DNA of 63,799 bases, the filler included, from Octopus bimaculoides (lineage: Eukaryota): assembly GCF_001194135.2 (NCBI RefSeq). It is 7 parts of 7 records of this genome, joined end to end, with 100 filler letters (N's around TTAATTAATTAA, not from the genome) between each part and the next. Parts side by side here need not be neighbours in the genome. Positions count along the whole stretch, not along the records: positions 45,769 to 57,168 come from NC_068981.1; positions 57,269 to 61,868 come from NC_069003.1; positions 61,969 to 63,799 come from NC_068985.1; 4 more parts are not named here. One strand, 5' to 3'. Numbering within the stretch: position 1 is the stretch's first letter; every line of letters starts with the position of its first letter. The position numbers and the translations under genes were made by a program. Under the pieces are notes generated by a model. The model saw only the letters and a program-made list of their open reading frames with translations, ran no database searches and had not been told where the DNA came from. Of this stretch, positions 52,250 to 63,799 are shown in pieces.

Positions 52250-53900
52250 TACATTTCTAGAGGGATTGAACTGGTTTTCTCAAGTTCAGCAGCTCAGCAC
52301 TTACTGCATTCCTTCATCATCTTCTTCATGCAGTTCAGCCTGTTGAGATCCTCGACCTTTCTTTTCCACATTACCCTTGGATTCTGTGAAAGAGGGAAAT
52401 CATTTAGCACTTACCCAAATGTCATCCTCTCTCATGTATATTACATAACCATGTCAGCACAGCCTTCTCTCTAGCATATTCCATATGATTTTCTTATAAC
52501 CAGTATTTTCCTTAGCTCATTTGTGCTCTGATGTTCTTTCACATTAACATAACATATCCAATGGAGAACATTTGCTTCATTTCTCTGCAGCTTTCCCACC
52601 TCCTCCTCATTCAATAATTATCTTTCAGTACCATGCAACATTGCATGTCATACACAAGCATTATACAATTTTCCCTTCTCTAAGAGAGGAATACTTTCTT
52701 TTCAGAAGAAATAATAGTTCTTCAACTTTTTCCACCCAGTTCTTCTGCTGAGTGCTATGCCTTCAGAACACCCACCTCCACAGCTAATAAGGTCACCTAG
52801 CTAACAAAAGCCGCTTCTAAGGAGTCTCCTTAGATTTACAAGGACCTCCTACTACTAATATCTGTTACATACAAAATCTTTCTTGCCTGTCAGTATTTTT
52901 CTATGATCTCACTGCATCACTTACGTAACTATAGTTTGCACTAAGGACAGATCCAAGAGATTCTACAGACTCATTTTCTACGTATTGTGCATTGGTGCCT
53001 CTTTAATAACTACAGTGTCCTATCTTCTTTCTCATAGGAAATTTTGTTTTGGTTAATTTACTTTGAGCATCTCAGTTCTATTCTTTGCTTCTGTGTTTGA
53101 AATTACTTCTCTAATTCTTCAACAGATTCAGCTATGAGAAATAGGGTATTAGCATAGTAGTTCCTGCATAGAAGTTCCTATGGACAACCAGTCATAAACT
53201 CTTCTGCTATGGCTTGATAAACTAAAATAAACAAGAGCGGGTTGAGTAGTGTGCCCTGTTGGATACCTGCTTGCACTATAATTTCCCTGTCATAATTATT
53301 ACTTACAGCCATCTTACTGACAGCTTCCACAGTTAACTAACCTTGTGACGACCTAACTACACTGTGTAGCACCTTGTCAAAGGTTTTCTCCAAGTAAAGA
53401 AATACTAGGTATAGAGACTTAAAAACTTAGCTAAAATTTCCTGTAATAGAAAGTGAGCACCATTGACACCACAACCAAACACAAACCCAAACAGTATTTC
53501 TCATGTAAGTTCTCTTTCAAATCAGGTATACTATAACTCATTCTGTTGCCTTCATCACCTGATCCATCTATTTCATGCCTCTGTAGTTGTTTCTCTTGAG
53601 AGTGTCTTCACTGTTCTATAGCACTTGATGATATCACAACAGCAGTCATTGTGGATAACACCTCTTTCTACCATATAACTGATTGCCTGCGTGACATATG
53701 CTTCTAATTACAGCATCTCAGAAACCAATTTTTGTGGTCAAGCAACTTTTCTACATTCATATACTCACAGTTTTGATTATATTGCTGTCACCATCGATAA
53801 CTGGTCCTGCTTTTGGTTCTACTTGCAGTAGACCTCTCTCCATCCTTCATGCATTTTCTTTATTCAGCAAGCTCTTCTAGTAACATTTTCATGTCCTTTC
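52250..53900 (-). mobile_element. Old RTE LINE reverse-transcriptase region
   Basis: Remnants EKTFDKV, AGIQQGTLLNPLLFILV (cf. QGS.LSP.LF) and, further 3', a CV...AMLHG.E-like segment; numerous stops and indels. Confidence 0.75.
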
Positions 53901-55665
53901 TTCTTCATGTCCTTTCTTCTTAGTGTATACATTATAAATGAAGGCGAAAGATTAGATTGCTTGAATGACTTATGATGTTTATTGATGCACCCATTTTTTT
54001 GAGATTAAACCACATATGAATCTTAGGAAATAAAATTCAATAACAACTTTTGGCTGACTGCTGGTAAGCATTGAGCCAAAAAATGTTATTGAGTTTTTAC
54101 CAATTTAAAACAGGTAATGAAATAAACTTCAAATTATGAAATTGAAACAAATTATTACTAAAATCTATTAACTATTGAATGCTCATGCCATGGAACTAAA
54201 ATTCTAGAAAATATTTTGTGAAATTATTAAAAAAATCAATTTGATTTTTTGATTATAATCAATATTTCAATTTCTGATTAGATATATTTTAATGATAAGT
54301 AAATTTATTCCAAGAATATTTGGAAATAAGTGTATATAGTCTTTTGATCATTCCAGAGGAAAAAAATGTCAAATGGGTAAAAGTGACTAAGAGACACTGG
54401 TATTTAATGTCACACTTAACTCTTGAATAGTTTGCAAACTTGGCTACACCCAGTTTATACACATATGTGTAGAAACATACACATACACATATATATACCA
54501 AACATCCATCCATCCATCTATCCACCCACACACACACATGTGTGTGGATATATTGGTTAATATGCATTCATACCTATTCATAAATATATTCCCTTCCTGT
54601 ATGTGTGTGTGTGTGTGTGTGTGCACATGTACTTGTGTGCATGGGAGTGTGTATGTATTTTGGAACATATGTCAGTACATCTGTCAGAAGAACAGCTGGC
54701 AAAATTGATAAAATGACGAGTCTGCCAGCTGATTGATCCAGAACTGTCAGCTGCCGATAGCACTTTATTAGGTCCATAGCAAAGACATTTTCCTCTCAGT
54801 TGTCATATGACTGTGTGGTTCAGAAGTTTACTTCTCAAATTCATAGTTATGAGTTCAATCCCAACAGTGTGTGAACCTTGAGTATCTTCTGCTATTGTTT
54901 TGTATCAATCAAAGCCTTATGGATGAAATTTTGTAGAAGGAGCTTTTTTTTTTTTTTGAAGCCTGTCAGAAAGACATGCCCTATTTTGGGTGGTAGATTT
55001 AATCCAATACCTAGTTTAACATCACCATCTGGTCTATGGGTGCTTGTGTCAGAGTACTATCCATTGTAAGCATCTGGTGTATGTATACAATCTGATGCAA
55101 ACATCCTCCCTTCCTTCTTCCCTTTGATTATGCTTTCAGTCATTTGTTTTTATGTCCCATTTTCCCATTCTAGCACAGGTTAGATGAATATATTATTGAG
55201 ATATTATTTTCCTGTCAAATGCACTTCCTGGTGCTAATCCTTACCTGCTTTTCAAGTAAATGATCTCTTATTCCAGACAGATTTTAAAATACTAAGCAGG
55301 TAGACAGTTTATCATTGTGCCAGAAACAACACTGTTCAAACATCGTGATGTATGTATAAGTGAGCATAGATGTAAACAAACACACAGATAGTCACACTTG
55401 CATGCACATGTTTATATATATGCAAACACAGCCATCAAAAACACTGATACACATGTGTATACACACGTGCACACACATATAGAGGAGAGAATGGAGAGAG
55501 AGAGAGAGAATGGAGAGAGAGAGAGACTGACAGAGAAAGAGAGAAACAGTATTGACATGTATTTTCTCTATCAAACTTAAAGGGACAAAGCACAAAGTTG
55601 GACAAGTCAGGATTTGAAATCAGTAAGGCATTTTATTCACAAGGCAATTCAACTCTCTCTGTGTC

Positions 55666-55797
<132 letters not shown>

Positions 55798-55844
55798 CCA
55801 AAAAGAGGAAAAGCAAAGACCCCCCCACCAGTGGATTTTTAACT

Positions 55845-56160
55845 CAAACTCAGAACATAAAGACATACAAAATGCTGCTAAGCACTTTTCCCAGCACACA
55901 AGGTCTGAAATTTGTGGGGGGCGGGGACTAGTCGATTACATTGACCCCAGTACTCAACTGGTACTTATTTTATTGACCTCAAAAAGATGAACAGCAAAGT
56001 CGACCTTGGTGGAATTTGTACTCAGAATGACTGGTATTATTTTATCAACCCTGAAACGATGAAAGGCAAAATCAACCTTGGCAAAATTTGATCTCAGAAC
56101 ATAGTAAAATACCATTAAGCATTTCGTCCAGTGTGCTAACGGTTCTGCCAGCTTGCTGCC
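55845..56160 (-). mobile_element. Two tandem old copies of SINE family A
   Basis: GGTACTTATTTTATTGACC..AAAAGATGA..AGCAAAGTCGACCTTGGTGGAATTTG repeated at about 55960 and 56035. Confidence 0.8.
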
Positions 56161-56944
56161 TTTCAGGCTTTTTATAATAAAATATAAATAATAGTAGAAG
56201 GACCATAATCTGATGTGTGTCATCAAGCTGAGGAAAAAAAGACAATGACCAAAGAAGTACCCTGCAAACTAGTGGACATACTGTGATAGTGTGCATATTC
56301 ACTATCGCAGTATTTGTGGATATATCTTTAGTATTTTAAAGTTTGTCTTCTTATCTTCTTGAAAAGTTCATTTTCTTTGAGATAAGACTTTTAAGCAACT
56401 TGAAAAAACTGTTATGAAAGGTAAACAAGAAACAGACAGATATTGCACACAGCAAAAAGTTTATAAATCAGTTGACTAAGATTCAAAAAAGTTATCATCA
56501 TCTCTAACATTAAAAATCTTCATTTGTATGCGGGGCTGTAGGGACAGTGTATGTGTATTTTAAATAACATGTATTGAGTTAAAAATGACTTGAATGAATT
56601 TACAAACATCCCACTATAAATTTACATGTTAAAAATGGTATTTTAACTAGATATAGAATTTTGATTTCAGATTATATATTTTTTGACCCATTTAAATATA
56701 TTTTTTTTGTTTTGTTTTGAGTTGAAATCTAAAATTAATAAAATTTGAATTGTTTCCATAAATGAAAATTAGAAAGCATGTTTCTAAGATGCAGATGTGG
56801 CTGTGTGGTAGACAAGTTTGCTTTCCAACCACATTGTCTTAGGTTCAGTTCCACAGCCTGGTACCTTAGACATGTGTCTTCTACTCTAGCCCCAGGCTAA
56901 TCAAAGCCTTGTGAGCAGATTTGGCTGACAGAAATTGAAAGAAG

Positions 56945-57002
<58 letters not shown>

Positions 57003-57150
57003 GTTTAACGTCCGCTTTCCATGCTAGCATGGGTTGGACGATTTGACTGAGGACTGGTGAAACCGGATGGCAACACCAGGCTCCAATCTAATTTGGCAGA
57101 GTTTCTACAGCTGGATGCCCTTCCTAACGCCAACCACTCAGAGAGTGTAG
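56945..57150 (-). mobile_element. Young RTE 3' end with (ATC)n tail
   Basis: (CAT)n CGTTTAACGTCCGCTTTCCATGCTAGCATGGGTTGGACG...CTGGATGCCCTTCCTAACGCCAACC; CpGs retained. Confidence 0.9.
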
Positions 57151-57279
57151 TATAATATGTTGTATAATNNNNNNNNNNNNNNNNNNNNNNNNNNNNNNNN
57201 NNNNNNNNNNNNTTAATTAATTAANNNNNNNNNNNNNNNNNNNNNNNNNNNNNNNNNNNNNNNNNNNNATATATATAAG

Positions 57280-57310
<31 letters not shown>

Positions 57311-58063
57311 GAAATATTCAAACACTGAGATTTGAAGTTAGATGTCACTACTGTTCATATCATCTGTGGATAAATTCAAAATTTGATGATATCACCAGTA
57401 GTAGCATTGGTGGAACGCAGTTATGATAGCTTTAAGGAGCTATGAAATATCGTAATGATGCTTAATGAGCATCTAGCTGCTAGAAATAAGAGCCAAGTCT
57501 TAAATAATTCACCGTAGCGCACCAATATAACAGAGAAAAACAGTATGCGAGGAAAACAGACCAAATTAAAACATTTAACAACACAAATAAAAATATTATG
57601 CAATTACGGTATATATATATAATGTATATATAAAAATTATTATTTCTAAATCTCTAAATAAGAAGCATTCAGTAATTGTATTCTAAATTAAAGATTATTT
57701 GCCAACATAATGCGGCATAATGTTACTGTTATTTAGCTCCAGGAAACATCGTCTCCAGCTGGCTATCGACGCACTATCTGCGTACACGCCTATACCAGGA
57801 CTGCCACATTATGTTGGCAAATGATTTTTGTTATACATGTGTGTGTGGGGCGGTACGTATGTATGTATATACATATGTACGTATGTATGTATGTATATAT
57901 TTTGTTCTTTTATTCTTTTACTCGTTTCACGCCTTTTATGCTAGTATTTATTCTATCAGTCTGTTTTTCCCCCGAACCGCTACGTTACAGGGATGTAAAC
58001 ACATCAACATCGTTTGTTGGGGGAAAACACTATCACAAAGACACACACATATAAGTATATACA

Positions 58064-58136
<73 letters not shown>

Positions 58137-59102
58137 NNNNNNNNNNNNNNNNNNNNNNNNNNNNNNNNNNNNNNNNNNNNNNNNNNNNNNNNNNNNNNNN
58201 NNNNNNNNNNNNNNNNNNNNNNNNNNNNNNNNNNNNNNNNNNNNNNNNNNNNNNNNNNNNNNNNNNNNNNNNNNNNNNNNNNNNNNNNNNNNNNNNNNNN
58301 NNNNNNNNNNNNNNNNNNNNNNNNNNNNNNNNNNNNNNNNNNNNNNNNNNNNNNNNNNNNNNNNNNNNNNNNNNNNNNNNNNNNNNNNNNNNNNNNNNNN
58401 NNNNNNNNNNNNNNNNNNNNNNNNNNNNNNNNNNNNNNNNNNNNNNNNNNNNNNNNNNNNNNNNNNNNNNNNNNNNNNNNNNNNNNNNNNNNNNNNNNNN
58501 NNNNNNNNNNNNNNNNNNNNNNNNNNNNNNNNNNNNNNNNNNNNNNNNNNNNNNNNNNNNNNNNNNNNNNNNNNNNNNNNNNNNNNNNNNNNNNNNNNNN
58601 NNNNNNNNNNNNNNNNNNNNNNNNNNNNNNNNNNNNNNNNNNNNNNNNNNNNNNNNNNNNNNNNNNNNNNNNNNNNNNNNNNNNNNNNNNNNNNNNNNNN
58701 NNNNNNNNNNNNNNNNNNNNNNNNNNNNNNNNNNNNNNNNNNNNNNNNNNNNNNNNNNNNNNNNNNNNNNNNNNNNNNNNNNNNNNNNNNNNNNNNNNNN
58801 NNNNNNNNNNNNNNNNNNNNNNNNNNNNNNNNNNNNNNNNNNNNNNNNNNNNNNNNNNNNNNNNNNNNNNNNNNNNNNNNNNNNNNNNNNNNNNNNNNNN
58901 NNNNNNNNNNNNNNNNNNNNNNNNNNNNNNNNNNNNNNNNNNNNNNNNNNNNNNNNNNNNNNNNNNNNNNNNNNNNNNNNNNNNNNNNNNNNNNNNNNNN
59001 NNNNNNNNNNNNNNNNNNNNNNNNNNNNNNNNNNNNNNNNNNNNNNNNNNNNNNNNNNNNNNNNNNNNNNNNNNNNNNNNNNNNNNNNNNNNNNNNNNNN
59101 NN

Positions 59103-59138
<36 letters not shown>

Positions 59139-59811
59139 TGTATATGTTCACTTGTGTACATATATGATTGTGCATGTGTGTATATATATATGAATATGCG
59201 AGTGTTTATATATGAAGGTGTGTATCTGTATATATATGTTTATGCATATGTGTCTATTTATGTATGTGTGAGAACTTATACATGTGTGTGTGTGTGTGTT
59301 GATGTGTGTATGCACACACATACTATACTACACACGCGCGCACACCTTGGGTGACATTTCATAGAGGAGATTTTTATTTAGACCTCTGTATTCACGGTAC
59401 ATTTAACTCGGTTTTCCAGTTAATACCAGTAAGTAATATCAACAAATTGCAAAGAAAAACGTGTAAACATGGCAATTTTGCATGCAATTATCGCTGCTTG
59501 GATTAATTTGAACAATTAATAGATTACTTATATTTCGCTGATGTATTAAACGATTTACTGGAGGCAACAGCTTGCACGATCATTTTTCCAAACATTTGTT
59601 AATTCCTAATGAAAGTTTGATTTTATTCAGAGGAAAGGTCGCTGGGTTTTACATACATTCGACACACGATGTCAAAATGGCGAATGTAAAATTTATTTTA
59701 TTAATGCAATTTATTGATGTATTTGTTTAAAGGGTTAGTCCAAATCTCGCCGTTTTAGTCACTGAGATTTGAGCACATTCGGCACACCACGGCAGTAAGT
59801 TCAAATCCCAC

Positions 59812-59980
59812 CCTTGCTCTTTTTACTCTTTTACTCTTTTACTTGTTTCAGTCATTTGACTGCGGCCATGCTGGAGCACCGCTTTTGGTCGAGAAAATCA
59901 ACCCCAGGACTTATTCTTTGTAAGCCTAGTACTTATTCTATCGGTCTCTTTTGCCGAACCGCTAAGTTACGGGGATGTAA
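59812..59980 (-). mobile_element. SINE family B 3' half
   Basis: CTCTTTTACTCTTTTACTTGTTTCAGTCATTTGACTGCGGCCATGCTGGAGCACC...AAGTTACGGGGA; runs into a gap. Confidence 0.9.
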
Positions 59981-60582
59981 NNNNNNNNNNNNNNNNNNNN
60001 NNNNNNNNNNNNNNNNNNNNNNNNNNNNNNNNNNNNNNNNNNNNNNNNNNNNNNNNNNNNNNNNNNNNNNNNNNNNNNNNNNNNNNNNNNNNNNNNNNNN
60101 NNNNNNNNNNNNNNNNNNNNNNNNNNNNNNNNNNNNNNNNNNNNNNNNNNNNNNNNNNNNNNNNNNNNNNNNNNNNNNNNNNNNNNNNNNNNNNNNNNNN
60201 NNNNNNNNNNNNNNNNNNNNNNNNNNNNNNNNNNNNNNNNNNNNNNNNNNNNNNNNNNNNNNNNNNNNNNNNNNNNNNNNNNNNNNNNNNNNNNNNNNNN
60301 NNNNNNNNNNNNNNNNNNNNNNNNNNNNNNNNNNNNNNNNNNNNNNNNNNNNNNNNNNNNNNNNNNNNNNNNNNNNNNNNNNNNNNNNNNNNNNNNNNNN
60401 NNNNNNNNNNNNNNNNNNNNNNNNNNNNNNNNNNNNNNNNNNNNNNNNNNNNNNNNNNNNNNNNNNNNNNNNNNNNNNNNNNNNNNNNNNNNNNNNNNNN
60501 NNNNNNNNNNNNNNNNNNNNNNNNNNNNNNNNNNNNNNNNNNNNNNNNNNNNNNNNNNNNNNNNNNNNNNNNNNNNNNNNNN

Positions 60583-60900
60583 GTACAGTTTTAAGTACGA
60601 TTTTAAAGTCTAGTTTATTATTTAGTAAATTTTCACTGTTTGACTTCTTTAAAATTTCAAACAGCTCCATGCAGCAAAGCCTACACCCGTATCTGCTGTT
60701 TAAGTACAGTTTGGCAACCCTAATTATGTCCCAACTCAAATCAAATTTAACATTGAGCTTCCAGATTTTCGTGGCTACAGAAGTCCTGCTAGCCCTCTGT
60801 TTTAATTTAAAGGAAGAATAATGGTTACGTAGGCGTTCCTTGAGATTTACGGAGCAGCAGATGATTACGGATCTTTTTTTTTTTTTGTAATGGAGTAATG
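60583..60900 (-). mobile_element. Penelope-like GIY-YIG endonuclease C-terminal fragment
   Basis: NLKERLRNHYSSFK...TSVATKIWKLNVKFDLSWDIIRVAKLY...CRLCCMELFEI...LLNNK matches the K.R..NH..SF, IW.L, W.I, C.LC..E and LLN motifs of PLE endonucleases. Confidence 0.8.
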
Positions 60901-61408
60901 TTTTCATTCTTCTATTAAAAGATGTAAAGCAGCTGTAACGAACTGACAATTACCCATCGTGTTATTATTCATTTGATTGTGTGTGTATGTATGTGTGAAT
61001 GTGTGTGTGTTTTTGTGTGTAGTGAATCAGTGAGTTAAAGGGCAGAGATTTACCGGAAGCTGCATTATTAAGTAAATATAAATCACCAAATATTTTTAAT
61101 GTATATGTCTATGGACAGAAAAATGGTGAACGACTTGACTGTGGGACTTCGACTCCACTTTGAGTCCCCACCCCCCTCAGAGGCAGTGTACATTTGATTC
61201 TGTCTGTCAATGGAGGAATATGCATCTAATGGCGTCATAAGCTCCCCAAATACGAGCCTCGGTGAAAAGAAAATTCCCGCTGGCGTAATCTTCGTGCGGA
61301 ATTTAGTAACTTTCTGCGCTATTTTGGATATAGATATGTATTTATCTTGTATCTATTTGCTAGGGGCATAAATTAATTAAATTAAATTATTTAGCTCATG
61401 TGTGTGTA

Positions 61409-61446
<38 letters not shown>

Positions 61447-62000
61447 TGTGAGTGTGTATGTGTGTGTGTATACTAGAATGTTTCCCGTTATATGACGCTT
61501 AACTTCAGAAGTATTTTTTTACTGCTGTGGATAATATCAGAAATTATGTCATCCGTACCTTAATTATAATCTAGAATTTATCAAATTTCTCGCTGTTTAT
61601 ACAAAATGATGAAATGAATACTAGTTACAGCATATTCTATGCTGTACCGGTGTTGCCAAATATTGCCATCTCATATAAATATTAACATGTAAAGGGTTAA
61701 TATAGAATAGGATAATTAGAAAAACATTGATAAGAAACAGTGGAACTATTTCGCGGAATTAATTACCCTTTTATGTGTTTTTCGGTGAAAAATAGTCCAG
61801 GGATGTTAGCCTGCCTAATATCTTAACTTCCTCCAAGCTTCTGAATCTGCGTTTATTTTGTTTTATATNNNNNNNNNNNNNNNNNNNNNNNNNNNNNNNN
61901 NNNNNNNNNNNNTTAATTAATTAANNNNNNNNNNNNNNNNNNNNNNNNNNNNNNNNNNNNNNNNNNNNTATATATATATATATTAGAAATAATACATTTA

Positions 62001-62391
62001 TAAATCTCTCAGAGAGACTTAAGCAGTAGTGATGCGATAAAGTAGTTGTATACTGCGAACTTAACGTGACAGTCCCAAGAAGGGAATATACTACTGCTAT
62101 TTAGCCGTAGGTAAACATACTTTTTCAAACAGCTAGTCATGCTACTTCAGGCTGATGTCGAGCAAAGACTCAGAAACATGTCCCTGAATGCAGGCTAGGC
62201 TGGGTGGAGGAGTTTGTCTCCCCCTCGCAAAGATAAGGACACAGGAAATGTGTCAAGGCCAACATGAAGCGGTCCAGCTTACTAGGGCTAAATACCAGTA
62301 GTATATTCCCTTATTGGGACTGTCACGTTAAGTTGGCAGTATACAACTGCTTTATCGCATCACTACTGCTTAAGACACTCTGAGAGATTTA
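62001..62391. mobile_element. MITE-like element with ~113-bp TIRs bounded by TA
   Basis: 62001-62114 is the reverse complement of 62279-62391 (TAAATCTCTCAGAG.G.CTTAAGCAGTAGTGATGCGATAAAG...TATTTAGCC); ~165-bp unique spacer. Confidence 0.9.
62146..62188 (+). ncRNA. Hammerhead-like motif with variant core inside the MITE spacer
   Basis: UUCAGG CUGAUG UC GAG caaaga CUC A GAAAC AU GUC CCUGAA. Stem I 6 bp perfect, palindrome ACAUGU, GUC triplet; A9 replaced and extra nucleotides flank stem II. Confidence 0.6.
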
Positions 62392-62394
62392 GAA

Positions 62395-62530
62395 ATTGGT
62401 ACCTGGTACTTAATTTATCGACCCCGAAAGGATGAAAGGCAAAGTCGACCTCGGCAAAACTTGAACTGAGAACGTAACGGCAGACAAAATACCGCTGTGT
62501 ATTTCGCCCGGCGTGCTAACGTTTCTGCCA
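62395..62530 (-). mobile_element. SINE family A copy
   Basis: TGGTACTTAATTTATCGACCCCGAAAGGATGAAAGGCAAAGTCGACCTCGGC...CGGCGTGCTAACGTTTCTGCC. Confidence 0.9.
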
Positions 62531-63181
62531 CAGCCATACCTGCGCCTAAATTTCATTCAAAGTCTAGCCTTTCTGTGAATATACATACATACGCGCATAT
62601 ATATAACTAATATTTATGACTGCATCAATAAGGTTGTTCGGCGTTACTACAGCTTCACCCCAGGAAGAAACACCGCCATCTGATTATCGGTACAATATGC
62701 ACCCGGTATAGATTGCAAGCAGGGAGCGAACACCTACCATCTTCTAGAAGACACCGGGATCACCAGACCATCTTCATTCTTGAACACCCGACCGCTAGTA
62801 ATAGCGGGAAACTTTCCAGTTCGCAATATATAGAGAACTAAGCGACAGTCAGTCACTGATCACGCAACACAGAAATGTAGAGTATGTCAATAAGATATGA
62901 AAGTAGTAATTATACTGAGAATTATAGCTACGTTTCAGGTTTGTACTTATGTGAAGTTAATGTATGTTTCTCCTAAAAAGTTTTAAAACTTCTGGAATGC
63001 ACGTTTTACATCGAATATGTGGAATTTATTGCCAGTAGGACATTTTGTACGAAGTACATTAAGGAACTTGTGATATTTAAGAGGTAGGTAAATGCAGTTC
63101 TAACATATAATACATCGGCAGTCTGCAAAGTTTTCATTCCAAGCCTAGCGTTTCTGTGTACATATGCTAACATACATATAT

Positions 63182-63236
<55 letters not shown>

Positions 63237-63259
63237 GATATATGTATATGTATGTATGT

Positions 63260-63326
<67 letters not shown>

Positions 63327-63750
63327 CATATATATGTGTATGTGTGTGTGTATGTGTGTATATATATATATATACATATATATTACACACACACACACCA
63401 ATTTACGTTTACGTTTGCCACCTTGGAATCCTCTGTTTAGTTGGTTGATCCACTACTCAGGAAGAGACTATTCTAGAGTACGTCCTGCCTTATCTTCGAA
63501 ACGTAAAGTTAGAATAGAGGCAGCTGATGAATAATTCCAAGTGGCTTTCTGTTTTCCTATGTGTTCGTTCCGTTGTCTGTAGTTCATTGTTCTAACGTCC
63601 TGTACCCTGATATGCATCTATATACACATGTAAATGAAAGTATATACATATATGTGTGTATACATGCATATATATTTTTTGTAGTATTACATCATTGAAC
63701 GCACACGTCCATTTTGTAAGTAAGACTGTACTTTATTATTCTGACGTGAC

Positions 63751-63799
<49 letters not shown>

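Noticed and set aside
57040-57070. CTGAGGA-CTGGT-GAAAC in the RTE 3' end
   Set aside because: No stem II or cleavage triplet; it is the antisense of RTE sequence.
63450-63535. GAAACGTA and CTGATGA near each other
   Set aside because: The order and pairing do not give a valid type I, II or III hammerhead; possibly a decayed PLE terminus but not supportable.

Overview
Repeat-dense, AT-rich animal genomic DNA from a draft assembly with many N gaps. The SINE families, mariner lineage and microsatellite load suggest an octopus (inference). The window is at least seven segments joined by artificial 44N-TTAATTAATTAA-44N linkers, so adjacency across them is unproven. The only well-supported host coding sequence is the first coding exon of a secreted tyrosinase-like gene (23366-23734, +); there is also a weak terminal-exon candidate at 51268-51333 (-). 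The rest is microsatellite, tRNA-derived SINEs and decayed mariner, RTE, R4/Dong-type RLE and Penelope-like (PLE) retroelements. The most striking signal is eight type I hammerhead ribozyme (HHR) motifs from several sequence families. One has a fully intact core (10197-10266), two are near-intact (26760-26805, 38951-39037), and one core variant lies inside a long-TIR MITE-like element (62146-62188). One PLE terminal repeat fuses a tRNA-like Pol III head, an (AAT)n tract and the HHR. No rRNA, true tRNA gene or CRISPR array is supported. All alignments and folds were done by eye, and TE boundaries are approximate.
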